A stretch of 63,529 nucleotides of DNA, counting the filler, from Octopus bimaculoides (Eukaryota): NCBI RefSeq assembly GCF_001194135.2. It is 7 parts of 7 records of this genome, joined end to end, with 100 filler letters (N's around TTAATTAATTAA, not from the genome) between each part and the next. Parts side by side here need not be neighbours in the genome. Positions count along the whole stretch, not along the records: positions 1 to 11,304 come from NC_068995.1; positions 11,405 to 17,412 come from NC_069004.1; 5 more parts are not named here. One strand, 5' to 3'. Below the pieces are notes generated by a model. That model was not told the DNA's origin, ran no database searches, and was given only the letters and a program-made list of their open reading frames with translations. Shown here one piece after another: positions 1-12,030 of this stretch (its first letter is position 1; the number at the start of each line of letters is the position of its first letter). The translations under genes were made by a program, and so were the position numbers.

Positions 1-37
<37 letters not shown>

Positions 38-1104
38 TATGTATTATGTATCCAGACACATATATGCATTATATACATGTATACAGTATGCACATACGTT
101 ATATACACTCACGTATAAGCACAAACGCGCGCGAGGTCACATATATACACATATATGTCTCCATGCGTAAGTGCATGCGTACGTGCGTGTGTTCACATGT
201 ATATATATGTGTGTGTGTATATATGTATGTGTGTGCTTATACGTCACCATATTCCTTGTGTTTCTCAACGCACACACGTACGCGTGCGCGCGTTAAGAGC
301 AAGAGCGAGAGCGAGATAAAGGAAGAGAAGAAATGTGTTGAGAAGGAAGCAGACGTTTTCGGAAATCTACTTGAACATGATTCTATGAACAGATATAAAA
401 CTATTGATAACGTTTGTAAAACACTCAACAGCAGCAACATTAACAACAACAACAACGACGACAACAGCTACAATGACACGATCTACAATAATCACAACAA
501 TATAAACAAAATCTAAAACCCGAACAACAATAACAAGAACTATTATTATAGAGCCCAAAACAAGATGAGATGAAGAAAATCGACAACAACAAGGAGGGAA
601 GCGACAGCAACAGGAGATAGAAGTAGCTTGTAAATTGAGTTATGTTAAACAGTTAGCTTGTATATATTGTATATAATGGAGAGGAGGGGGAAAACACATA
701 TAGATGTGCTTAGCTTCAAATATTAGCATTAGAAACGTGTTTTGTGTTTATAATTTCTGCAGAAAATATGAACAAGTTCGATCTGGAATTTTATATTTCT
801 GGCCAATGTTTGGTTTTACTCGAGTTTTTAAGTTCAGCCAATATCAGAGCCGCTGTGTCTGGTCAACAGAGCTGCAAGAAATAACAACTAAATCTACTTG
901 CAATAGCTCAAGCATTTGCAGGCTGTCTGGTCGTCCTCAAGTTTCCAAGTTGGTGTACAACCGATAAGAGAGCTTGTAGGAGGGCAACAGAGAAGCTAGA
1001 AATAGCAATTATATCAATCTTAAATCAATTGTGGGCAATGTTTTTTATTCACTCATGTTTTCATATTGCTATTCAGTTAATGACAGGAACTATATATGGT
1101 TAAT

Positions 1105-1170
1105 AGAGATGTTAGAAATAGCAGCCAAATCTATTTAGGATCACTCTAATCCTCTTTACATATTAAAAGA
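1105..1170 (+). repeat. Fragment of an unclassified interspersed repeat (AGAAATAGCAGCCAAAT motif family)
   Basis: The motif recurs at 1113 (+), ~4925 (+, degraded), 11992-12015 (-) and 16795 (+). Confidence 0.55.
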
Positions 1171-1459
1171 ATGTTTACATGAAATATGTTTGCTGTTATT
1201 ATCGAGTATGTATGCATGTGTCCTGTGTCTATGTGACTCTGTGTGTCGGTATTAGCATCTCTTTTCATGTTTACAACGGTTTAAAAGTCATTCTTGTATA
1301 TATCCTAGAATTTTACGTGTCGAAACCAAGCTGTTCGAAAAATAAATATCAACAAAACTGGTACCAAACTGAAATGATTAATGGGGCCAATAAGAACATA
1401 TAAACGTTTAAAAAAATCGACACTGCAGCATGTCTACAACTGTTAATAGAATAATTTAT

Positions 1460-1678
1460 TCGAAGGGGAACTGAGAATTTTCTGGTTCTAGTGTATCGCT
1501 AAAAGCCTGGTTGGAAACCTGACATTCCGAGTTATTTTACAGGCCTCAGATAAATTAAAGGACCGGTGGAATAAGTCTGTGGATCTGAGAGAGGAATATA
1601 CTAAATAATAACATAATCAACTGATGCTCCCGTATTTCCTTTACCCAAAGTCAAGAACTTCTTCAGCACCGTCTCGTA
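1460..1678 (+). mobile_element. Mariner transposon relic: transposase C-terminus plus right TIR
   Basis: Frameshifted reading AWLET*HSE..DKLKDRWNKSVDLREEYTK* (stop 1606-1608) resembles mariner transposase C-termini (..KL..RW.KC..L.G.Y.EK). It ends in AAGAACTTCTTCAGCACCGTCTCG-TA, a mariner-like TIR with a TA site. Confidence 0.7.
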
Positions 1679-2423
1679 TTCACTTATTTAGATGCGAAAG
1701 CAAATGAATTTAATATCATATGTGTAGAATACAAAAAAGTAAAACTGGTGCTTACGTAAGACTTACTTTATAATAAATTTTGTGACGGAATGAAATGCTG
1801 GAGACTTGCGAATTTGCTAAAAGGCATGAGCAATAAATTAATGCTTTGTTTAATTATTTCCGTCTCTAATTAGTTACATCGATGACTTTTATTACAGCTG
1901 AGTAAACTTGCCGCTCGCATATAAGTATTACGTCTATATCTGGCACCCAAGAAGTGCACACCTTAAAATTGGCATCAGATCAGTACTTAGTAAACACAGG
2001 CACAAAGTTTTGAATATTTTCTTGGCTCTAACTCGACATTTATATGCACTCAAAGACATATATTTACTGGTATGTTATTATTCTTCCCTCACCCTCGCAT
2101 GCGTATTCTCCAAATCTCTCTCACACACACCTATATACACACACATACACACATACACACATACATAATAACAAATAAATAGTTGGCGATTACGTCTTTA
2201 TCAGGGAAAAAAAAAGACATATTTAGTTTGTTGTAATATTATATTTATATTACGATCCATAAAAAATGAACTATAGAATGGTAGATGCTGATTTATCTTG
2301 ACTTCTAGACTTCGTACACTCCTATTAGTTTCTCTGTAATCAATAGTAAATGGTTTCCGGGCAGACTACGTATAGTCTCTCTCTCTCCCTCTCTTCATTT
2401 CACTCTCCCCCTCTCTCTCTTCA

Positions 2424-2496
<73 letters not shown>
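2424..2496. repeat. (TATC)n microsatellite
   Basis: Perfect tetranucleotide run. Confidence 0.97.
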
Positions 2497-2500
<4 letters not shown>

Positions 2501-2525
2501 CTCTGGCTGTCTGTATGTGTGTATG

Positions 2526-2564
<39 letters not shown>

Positions 2565-2609
2565 CTATGTATGCATGTATGTATGTATGTAGGTATGTAT
2601 TATAGAGGT

Positions 2610-2900
2610 TTGTATCTTTGTGGTAAGGGTGTTGTGCTCATGATAGTAAGATTATGGTTTCGATACCCAGACTGGGCGATGAGTTGTTCTGATGAGCAAA
2701 ACACTGAATTTCATGTTGCTCCAATACACTCAGCTGCCAAAAATGAGTAACTCTGCAACGGCAACGGCGTTGCACCCAGGAAGGGAATATACATAGGGTA
2801 CAGTTTCGAGGAGCATATAGCTCGGGGAGGATCTGTCTGCCTCGAATCACCTCCTAACTATCCTCAACTTAATGAACATGACTGGGTGGTCTGTGACATA
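2610..2900 (+). mobile_element. Degraded tRNA-derived SINE-like relic
   Basis: B-box-like GGTTTCGATACCC and GACTGGGCG..GAGCAAAACAC resemble the SINE-C head at 22755-22803. A CORE-like TTGCTCCAATACACTCAGCTG follows. Confidence 0.4.
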
Positions 2901-4235
2901 TACTTCAACAGGATGGGCCATCTTTGTCACAAGAGAGCAAAAGTAGTAATCCTCTTTCGTTTAATTCTTTCTTTCTTTTATACTTTCCATATTTATTTTT
3001 CTGCTGCAAGAATATCGTCAGATAAATATGCCGAAGAAAGTATACTTATGTATTTGTATATTCATACATAAATACCCAGAAGTGCTGTGTGTATGTACAT
3101 GCGTATCAATATGTATGTAGGTATGCATGCATGTATGTATGTATGTATGTATTATGTATGTATGTATGTACGTGCGTATACACACATATTTATTTAATGT
3201 TTTCGATCAAGAGATGTCAAGTACGTATACAACAATTATGTAATATAATAAATGTTAAATATAAAATGTTGTATTGAAGACAGAGTCAATTGTTGATAAG
3301 GACCCGGCTACTTCATGAATCGTCTGCAGTTATATTATCGTCGCCATTTTCATGTAACTGTAGATTTGACAATTGTGAATGGCGGCTCAGCTCATCTAAC
3401 AGCTAGTATATAACAAAGAGGAGAACTGTTTATAGAGGTGATAAATAATAGAAATTTAAAGCCGATGGAATGTTGATTTCACAAACGACTGCAGTTATAG
3501 CAGTGAATTACGAGCTGAGGACGACATCTTTGTGTGATCAGTAGGCTTGTAGGGTATGACAACAGATATTCCCTCAAATCGCACACTACTGTCTGAAATA
3601 AAGAAGCATTCATTGCGCAATGGGGAACCTGATACACAAAAATGACAGATGATTACGTCTAGGATATTTTTTTTTAGTACAGTTGCACAGAATAACGACT
3701 CCTGCAGCAAAATCTAAGTGCGTTCTAGAATTACGTATGCCAATGTCGGAAAATCTGCTGAGTGCTGGTCACCGAATACAACACTTCACTCGGACAATTA
3801 AATGACACATTGAATATTATTGTAATACAAGATACGCTATGTCAGTGTTAGCTGGCCAAACTTAGACTATACGTTTACATGAAAACTGACTTAAACAAGA
3901 ATTTTAATTCGGATGAAAGGCCGAATATTCCCCTGTGAATATTCCACAATGAATTCTTGACTTTTATAAACAGTGGACAGCTTCTTGCATGAAATCTTAC
4001 CGGAATTTTAAGGCTCCCATGAAAATATTGCAAACATTTGAGACAGAAAATAAGCATTTATCATTGAGGTATTTCTGTAATAGGAGCTGTCTTAACAGTA
4101 CAATTCGTTTCCCTACTACTGGGCCTCGATTTCAGTTTTATGACCCAGAACACGTTGAAAGTGTCTTCTGTCACACACCTCTGATTTTGAGTTCAACCAA
4201 ATTGACCGAAAATGCTCTTCCACTAAGCGTTGAAA

Positions 4236-4557
4236 ATGGTGAACGTACCCCAAACCCGGCGGATCTACCGCAAAGGTAAAAAAAATGCGGGAAAAATTCT
4301 TCACGCGGTTTCACAGTACAAGGCTGGTAAAGCCTCGTTATATACCCAAGGTAAGAAACGTTACGATAGAAAACAAAGCGGTTACGGTGGTCAGGCCAAA
4401 CCTATATTTCACAAAAAAAGGCCAAGATCATCAAAACAATTGTCCTTCGAATTTAGTGTACAAAATGTAAATATAGGAAACAACTGCCAGTTAAACAGTG
4501 CAAGCACTTCGCGCGCTTGTGGGTGACAAGAAGAAGGGACAGATGATTCAGGTTTAA
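4236..4557 (+). pseudogene. RPL36A: Processed pseudogene of 60S ribosomal protein eL42 (L36a/L44)
   Basis: [56 protein letters not shown], then after a +2 frameshift [29 protein letters not shown], then after another shift [13 protein letters not shown]. No introns; premature TAG at 4454-4456; indels in A runs. Confidence 0.95.
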
Positions 4558-5238
4558 AGTGCTTCTTAGGAATATATGTGAAAGAGAGAAAAGAATAACT
4601 TGATGGAAAATGTTTAGAAGCCTATCGAAGGTACATTCCTATACTGAAATGCCACACTTTAAACTGTTGCGTTGTTTGACGCTAGTCTGTAACAAAGTCT
4701 TTAGAAGGGCCTATCCTACTGCAAAGACTTGTGAGATATTGGAAGATGTTTGCATTTTTGTTGGCGCTATCACAACCAATAAAAAATCGTCAGCTTTTTA
4801 TCATTTCCTCCAGAGATTCTTGGTTGATTACAAATTGTTGACCATCCACTAAATTCCAGTGAAGATTAAACAAATGAAGTTCCACGACTTAAACAATGAT
4901 GAAACATCTAAGGATTCGATCAACCTGCAAAAATAGCGGTGGCACTTGAATCTCCTTCAAATTGCATCTTAACGGAAGAACAGATTATAATGTAGCCCCA
5001 GAGACAATATTACTGTATGAAAAAAATAAAATTCGAGTGCCTTTGATCGTATGATGCTCGATAGGGTTTGACCTAGGGTTAAAGAACAACGATATATAAA
5101 GATTATGAGATTTTGAAATAATTCTGAAAGGAAGTGAAAAGCGCGAAACGAAGAGGGGAAAGTTAAAAGTAAAAGGGTGTCTGTCACGTGTTACATACAC
5201 CCACAAATTTACATAATAAAAAAAAAACAGAAATCACT

Positions 5239-5240
<2 letters not shown>

Positions 5241-5287
<47 letters not shown>
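5241..5287. repeat. (CA)n microsatellite
   Basis: Perfect dinucleotide run. Confidence 0.97.
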
Positions 5288-5291
<4 letters not shown>

Positions 5292-5919
5292 GTATTATAC
5301 ACACTGGTGCGTAGACACACTTATACACTCATGTACACACGAACACACGTACTCTTGTGTTCACTGACACTCATTTATTCAAACAAATACACCGCATACA
5401 CACACACACACACACATAGACTGACGCATATGCACACACTCGCACACATATGCACGCAAATTTATACACACATTCATTCACATTCACACTCGTTCACATA
5501 CACGCATCCATCCATACATACATATATATATATATATATTTATACATACATACACACACACAAAGCCACTCATTTTAACATTCACTCATATGTTCACACT
5601 CTCTGTTATACATATGAGCACACAAAGATTCGCTCACACCCACGCACACACACTCGCGCTCACCCTCTAAGATGCCGCCATTTATTACGATTCCCATTGC
5701 CAAGGCTGTTATCTCTACAACAAAAACGATGACCAACGAATTCATTGCCGATGCAAACAATGATACAAAAGGAACATCCCTGTTATTAGTGACGATTAAC
5801 GATGGTGAGGCCCTCTAGTGGCTGATTTGGTCGTCGTGAGGGTTAGGACAGTGGCTACACTGATGGCGCTGGTCTTGTTTGTGTTACAGATACCGAACTA
5901 GTATTACAAATATCGATGT

Positions 5920-6150
5920 GGTAGTTGTGGTAGTAGTGGTGAAGGTGTTCGTGTCGGCGGCGGTTGTAGGGACGATGGTTCTTGGTGGTGATAGTGGTGA
6001 CTGTTTTTGATGGTGGTGGTCATGGTAGTGTTAATGCTGATGTTTGTGGGAGGAGAATTGACGGAGAATTTGCAATGGCGGTAGCGGCGGCAGCAGTGGT
6101 GGTGACGGTAGTGGTGGTAGTGGTGGTGTTAGTGATTGTGCTGCTAGCAG

Positions 6151-6181
<31 letters not shown>

Positions 6182-6320
6182 GGTGGTGGTGGGGTTGTAG
6201 TGGCTGTGCTGGTGCTAATAATCGTGGTAATGGTAGTGCAGCTTTATTGTTGCTGATGTGGTGGTGGCGTTGGTGGTAGTGGTGACGTTGGTTGGTGGTG
6301 TGGGTGGTGGTGTTTAGTGG
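5920..6320. repeat. Degenerate (GGT/GTN)n low-complexity tract
   Basis: Interrupted GTG/GTA/GTT triplets. Confidence 0.85.
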
Positions 6321-6767
6321 TGGGTTCATTAGCCAGTGTAATTGTGTCAATCGCGTGATGTCGTCCATCAAAGCTAATCCTGTTAATGTGATCATAAATA
6401 CAACTTTGAAAATGTTCCTCCAACGCTTTCATACCATCACACACACACACACACACACACACGCGGACACACACGTGATATAGGAGGGGTGTAGTGAAGG
6501 TAACATAGGGAGAGGGAAGGGAGGGGAACGTGAAGTGCGCGGGAGGAAGTGAGGGAGGGAGAGAGTAGGGAATTAAAAGAACAAGGGACATTAAAAGTAA
6601 AAGACTGTCCTGGAGTCACACACAAACACACACCATATGATCCCTCCCTCACACTCTCAAACACATCCCCACACGCACATCCATCGTATATAAACATATG
6701 CTACTCACACACACACACTCACACACATACATACACATACATACACGCATACACTCACATTAACACA

Positions 6768-7240
6768 CTGACAAATAAACGACATATATACATACTCACA
6801 AGAACTCACACACGCATACACAATGGCATTCTCACACACACACACACACAAACGCCCACAAAATTCACACACAAACACACACATTAACACACACGCACAC
6901 ATACAAACACATATACCTACACGCACAGAAACACAAACATACACACATGCATAAACACGCTCTGACAATTAAACAATATATACACATTGTCACAAGAACT
7001 CACACACGCATACACAATGGCATTCTTAAACACACACTCAAACTTCGAAACGCTCACACAATACACACATTAATACACACATAGAAACACACTCACTTAC
7101 AAGCACAGATACACATGCATACACACACGTACATACGCAGTCTGATAATTAAACAACATATATACTCACAAGAACTCACACACGTATACACAATGGCATT
7201 CTTACAGACACACCCAAATGCTCACAAACACACACACACA
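6768..7240. repeat. Three tandem ~180-194 bp units built on CA-rich sequence
   Basis: CACAAGAACTCACACACG..ACACAATGGCATTC recurs at 6797, 6991 and 7167. Confidence 0.9.
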
Positions 7241-7453
7241 GAGACACGTACACACACACACACAGACACACACACACACACACACAGACGCACATAAAGA
7301 AACATACATACTTTTATATACCGAGACAGAGTGAATGGATTTACGAAACAAACGAGTTTGAGTCTTGGAAGAGAAGGAGACAGAGAGAACGAATGTAGAA
7401 ATGAAAGAGAGAAAAGAAAAGGAAGATAGAACGAAAGGCAAGACGGGTAAGCC

Positions 7454-7457
<4 letters not shown>

Positions 7458-7528
<71 letters not shown>
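7458..7528. repeat. (GA)n microsatellite
   Basis: Perfect run. Confidence 0.97.
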
Positions 7529-7537
<9 letters not shown>

Positions 7538-8069
7538 GGAGATTTAGAATGAGTAAGCCTAGGAAGAGGATGAGCAAGAATAAATTGAAGGAAATAGAAA
7601 GAAAGAAAGGAAGAAAGAAAGAAAGAAAGAAAGACAGAAAGAAATAATGGAAGAAAGACAGAAAGAAAGAAAGAAAGGGTGTGGGGTAGGAAGAGGAAGA
7701 ATTAGAGACTCAAAAGAAACGGAAGAAATATGAAAGAGAGAATGAAGGATTTGCGACTACGAGAAAGGATGTTTATGGAATGTGTTAATCGATAGAAGAC
7801 ATGCCCAGATGGTTACCGAAGGAATCGACCAGACAGGACTGATCGATGTGGGCCGATATGGGGCTAAACTACCTCAACAACGACGACGAAAACAACACCA
7901 AGGAGAAGAAGAAGAACAACAACAATGACAAAGGAAGGACTCACAGCATATAAGAAATGGAGTGATAGATTGACAAATCTAAGAAGACACTGAACAGGGA
8001 ATTGAGTGTGTGAGGGTGAGAGTGAGTGAAGGCGTGAGTGAGAAGTGTAAGTGCATGTTGGTGGGTGTG

Positions 8070-8435
8070 TGTAAGGGTGTGTGTATGAGGGCGTGAGTGA
8101 ATGTGGGTGTGAGTGAGTGAGTGTGGTGTGATTGAGTAAAGGTGTGTGTGAATATAAGACGCATGTGAGTTAAGGTGTGAGTAACTGTGTGTGAGGGAAG
8201 GAGGGAGGGTGAGAATGAGGGTTTGAGTGAGCGTGAGACATGTGTGTGTGTGTGTGAGTGTGTGTCTGAGTAAAGGTGTGTGTATGATGGCGTGAGTGAA
8301 TGTGGGTGTGAGTGAATGTGGTGTGATTGAGTAAAAGTGTGAGTGAATAAGACGCATGTGAGTTAAGGTGTAAGTGAATGTAGACGTGAGGGAAGGAGGA
8401 AGGGTTAAAATGAGGGTTTGAGTGAGCGTGAGAGA
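8070..8435. repeat. Tandem duplication (~193 bp period) of a GTGA-rich unit
   Basis: AAGACGCATGTGAGTTAAGG occurs at 8156 and 8349, and the flanking motifs are also duplicated. Confidence 0.88.
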
Positions 8436-8743
8436 TGAGTGAATGTGTGAGTGTGTGAAAGTGTAAGGAAAAGAGGGTGTTAGTAAACGAGTCGTACGTG
8501 AGTGAGTGTGACTGAGGATGGGTGTTAGTTTGGTCAAATCCCTCCACCAGCTAGAAAGAAACACCGAATCACCATCAAATGGCACACCACCATAAAAGCC
8601 GAAGGACACATTAGATATTGAAGTCTAGCAAACACTTTAAAAGGACGTTTCGATTACCGTCAGAATGCCATTGATCAAATTCTTGGGCTGCAACAGCAAG
8701 GACAGCAATACTCCTGTTACACACATAGATAGTTAGAAGACTC

Positions 8744-8948
8744 AGGTGGTGAGTTGGCAGAAACGTTAAACACGCCGGGCGAAATGCTTAGCGATATTTC
8801 GTGTCTTTACGTACTGAGTTCAAATTCCGCCGGGGTCATCCTTTCAGGATCAGTAAATTAAGTACCATTTGCGTACTATGGTCGATCGAATCGACTGGCC
8901 CCCTCCCCAAAAAATTCAGGCCTTGTGCCTAGAGTAGAAAAGAATATT
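8744..8948 (+). mobile_element. tRNA-derived SINE, family A
   Basis: Head GGTGGTGAGTTGGCAGAAACG, B-box GAGTTCAAATTCC; body and tail shared with more than 10 copies in this window. Confidence 0.9.
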
Positions 8949-9061
8949 TAGTAGACTCAAAATTATGTTTAAACGGTTGTTGCCCACGCCGATGCAAGAA
9001 GAATCGATCCAGGAAGGATGGAATTGTGAGGCGATCTTTTGTAGCACGTGATTATGAAAAG

Positions 9062-9111
<50 letters not shown>

Positions 9112-9879
9112 GGATAGAAACGAGACGGTAAGAAAAATAAGCTGATTGAATGGGACAGGGATAGAGATAAGGATAGAAAAGAACGAACGGGATAAGAAAA
9201 AAGAAAAAGATTGGAAGAATGAAGGAAATTTTTGATGATAAGAAGAAGAAATATTGAAGAGAACGAATAATCAAGGCTCAAACCATTTTCTTTCTAAAAA
9301 TGGCGACCAACGTCCATAAACTTGCTAAACGTGTTCAGGTGAAACGATGATGAATAAAATATATTTGTATTTTTTTAAATGGGGATTAAATAACTAAACT
9401 GCAAATTATGAAATAACTCCAGCACTGCATTATAATTGATTTAGAGTGAATATCATAATTATTATGTTTATGTTTTTTCTTTGTATTTATTTACTGCAAT
9501 GAAGATTTGTAAAAAAGAAACAGAAAAAATGTTTTAACGAGAATTTATGGAAATTTTTCTCTTTTAACGGAAAACAGCTATTTTGGGAAAATGAAATATT
9601 AATTATTAAGATTAATGTTAACATTTTTATTAAGTGAATTGCGGAATTGGTAGGTCATCAGATAAAGTATAAGGTAATGCATTATTGCGAAGCAGCATGT
9701 TGTATGTTCAGATTTTTCCAACTCTGACTACCATTTTATCTCAGCTATTGATCTTTCTTGGGAAGAAGCTGTGATACTTATGCCATCACAACTTCCTTCC
9801 GATATTCGATATTACACAGCCGATGATAATATGATCGACCTAGATCCTAACCTACATCTAATACAACCCCCTCTTATTT

Positions 9880-10080
9880 TGGTACGGGGACATCAGTTTT
9901 AGAAGGATGAAGAAATGAGTTACAAACACCCTGTGCTCATCGACCCTAGTGTTCAACTGGTACTTATTTCATCGAAACCGGAATGATGAAATGCGTCGTC
10001 GAACTCGGCGTATTTGAACGTAGAGCTGACGAAATGCCGCGAAAGCATTTTGTCTGACCTACTAATTATTTTGACAGCTG
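9880..10080 (-). mobile_element. SINE family A, degraded
   Basis: ATCGACCCTAGTG..ACTGGTACTTA..AACTCGGCGTATTTGAAC..AAGCATTTTG matches the reverse complement of family A. Confidence 0.7.
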
Positions 10081-10089
10081 CATTTCACA

Positions 10090-10290
10090 TAATCCTTTCT
10101 ATTATAGTCCTGGACGTTGCGGGAGGAGGTTAGACTATTGCAGCGACTACAGTGTTCCACTGGTACTTTTTCATCAACCGTGAAAGGATGAAAGGGAAAG
10201 TCAACCCCGGCGGAATTTGAACTCAGAACCTTCAGATAGACGAAATGTCGCTAAGCATTCTCCTCGACGTGCTAACGATTCTGCCAGCTC
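10090..10290 (-). mobile_element. SINE family A
   Basis: GAAAGGATGAAAGGGAAAGTCAACCCCGGCGGAATTTGAACTCAGAAC..GCTAACGATTCTGCCAGCTC. Confidence 0.9.
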
Positions 10291-10307
10291 TGTAATAACT
10301 GTTAGTA

Positions 10308-10528
10308 AAGCGGCGAGCTGGCAGAGCCGTTAGCCCGGCGGACAAAATGCTTAGCGATATTTCGTCTGTCGGTACGTTCTGAGATCAAGTTCCGGCGAGG
10401 TTGACTTGACCTTTCATCCATCCATTTGCGGTCGATAAAACAAGTACCAGATGAACACTGGGTTGATGTTATCCATTTATACCATTACTTGGAATCGCTT
10501 GTCATTTGCCAAAATTTGAAAACCAATA
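10308..10528 (+). mobile_element. SINE family A
   Basis: AAGCGGCGAGCTGGCAGAGCCGTTAGC..GTTCTGAGATCAAGTTCCGGCGAGG..GCCAAAATTTGAAAACCAAT. Confidence 0.9.
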
Positions 10529-11067
10529 CAATACGTCTTTTTTTTTATTATTAAAATCCGTAAAAGTGAGGAAAATATTGCAGGGTATGTCTAGTTACAA
10601 GACATAGTAGGTAAATCTTCCTCTATCGTTAAAAAAAAAGACACAAACGGTCATAGAGTAAACCTATACACCTAATCTGAGAGCATTTCGGAAATATTTC
10701 TTTGATTATTATTATTTTAGAAACCTCGGTTAGGACCTTGATTTAAACTGAATAAGTAATTATGGAATGGTTAAAGTGCTTGTTTTGTTTTTCCCTCAAG
10801 ACTCAACTGGGGCGAAATAAAAACAACAAGGAAGGCTATTTATGAATTGAGGTGAACTCATGAAATGAGGACACTGACGCTATGTTAAAATGTTAACACC
10901 CGTAATTATTTTGTCAACTGACTTGAAATCCAATGCTTCCTCTTACTCCGCCCTCCACCTTAGTCTAAAAACATTAAAGCAATTTTAAATACCTGACACC
11001 ATATGAAACACGATCAGACAGGAACGATAATTACACATGCATACATACATACATACATACATACATA

Positions 11068-11304
11068 CCGAGAGAAGAACAATTAACAAAAAAATTTAAC
11101 CGCAACCAGACAGGAGTATACAGAGACATGAGAGGAGCAGCAGTAAACATTACGGGAGCTCCTTCACGAGAAGACATAAACTCCTTCTGGGGGAAAATCT
11201 GGAGCGAAAAGAAGGAATTTAACCAAGATGCTCTGTGGCCGACCGATTCGCGGAACACCTCCGAGATATCAACGTCGGCAATGACACCCCGGTGTTACGC
11301 CACT
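11068..11304 (+). mobile_element. R4/Dong-type (RLE) non-LTR retrotransposon fragment, pre-RT region
   Basis: KKFNRNQTGVYRDMRGAAVNITGAPSREDINSFWGKIWSEKKEFNQDALW matches the family pattern KF..N...FY......P....FW..IW.....N..A.W. Confidence 0.65.
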
Positions 11305-11404
11305 NNNNNNNNNNNNNNNNNNNNNNNNNNNNNNNNNNNNNNNNNNNNTTAATTAATTAANNNNNNNNNNNNNNNNNNNNNNNNNNNNNNNNNNNNNNNN
11401 NNNN

Positions 11405-11457
<53 letters not shown>

Positions 11458-11526
11458 TATATATACACACACATACATATACACACACACACTCATACAC
11501 ACATATATGTATGTATATATACATAT

Positions 11527-11689
11527 ACGAACCACTTCTTTCAGTTTCTGTCTGCTAAATCCACTCACAAAACTTTGGTTTCTTGGTCTATAGTAGAAGA
11601 CACTTCCTCAAAGTACCATGAAGTGGGGCTGTACCCAGAACCATGAGCTTGGGAAGCAAGCTTCTTACCACACAACCACACCTGTGCCT
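11527..11689 (-). mobile_element. SINE family B, 5' half
   Basis: TTCTTTCAGTTTCTGTCTGCTAAATCCACTCACAA..AGTAGAAGACACTT..CTTACCACACAACCACACCTGTGCCT, next to a (TA)/(CA) tract. Confidence 0.85.
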
Positions 11690-11849
11690 ACTGTTTACTG
11701 TTTATTTTGGGAAAAATTTCTATTTCAATCCATCAAATACAGAATTCCTTTCTCATTGATAGGAGTTAGTTTGGTTAGGACTGGCCTGGGTTGAAGCAAC
11801 ACCAGAAATTTGTCATCAAAGAAGGTCCTATTTGATTGTTTTTGCATAG

Positions 11850-12030
11850 CTCTAGGTGAGCCCTGATCAAGTAAAGTTATGATAATCAAAGCCTTCCAAT
11901 CGTGACCAACATGTTTTTCTTATGTGGAGGGAACTTAGGGCCTATATAATCCAATTTGTTCATATCTAAAATGGTGAGCTCTGATTTTAGGGAGATTTGG
12001 TTGCTATTTCTTGCAGGATGTGCGACAATA
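11850..12030 (-). repeat. Unclassified repeat fragment (AGAAATAGCAGCCAAAT family)
   Basis: GAGATTTGGTTGCTATTTCTTGC is the reverse complement of the motif at 1111-1132. Confidence 0.55.

Noticed and set aside
7941-8609. 222-aa His/Thr-rich minus-strand ORF
   Set aside because: Translation of the duplicated GTGA repeat; no domain or splice evidence.
9678-9902. 75-codon open frame (DFSNSDYHFISAIDLSWEEAVIL..YYTADD)
   Set aside because: Acceptor and donor are weak, the frame runs into a SINE relic, and the YADD-like resemblance is too slight to call an exon or RT.
11349-11360. TTAATTAATTAA islands centred in N runs (also 17457, 21864, 49428, 54406, 59462)
   Set aside because: An identical 12-mer with stops in all six frames sits in ~100-nt gaps (44 N each side where counted). 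It is a scaffolding placeholder, not biology.
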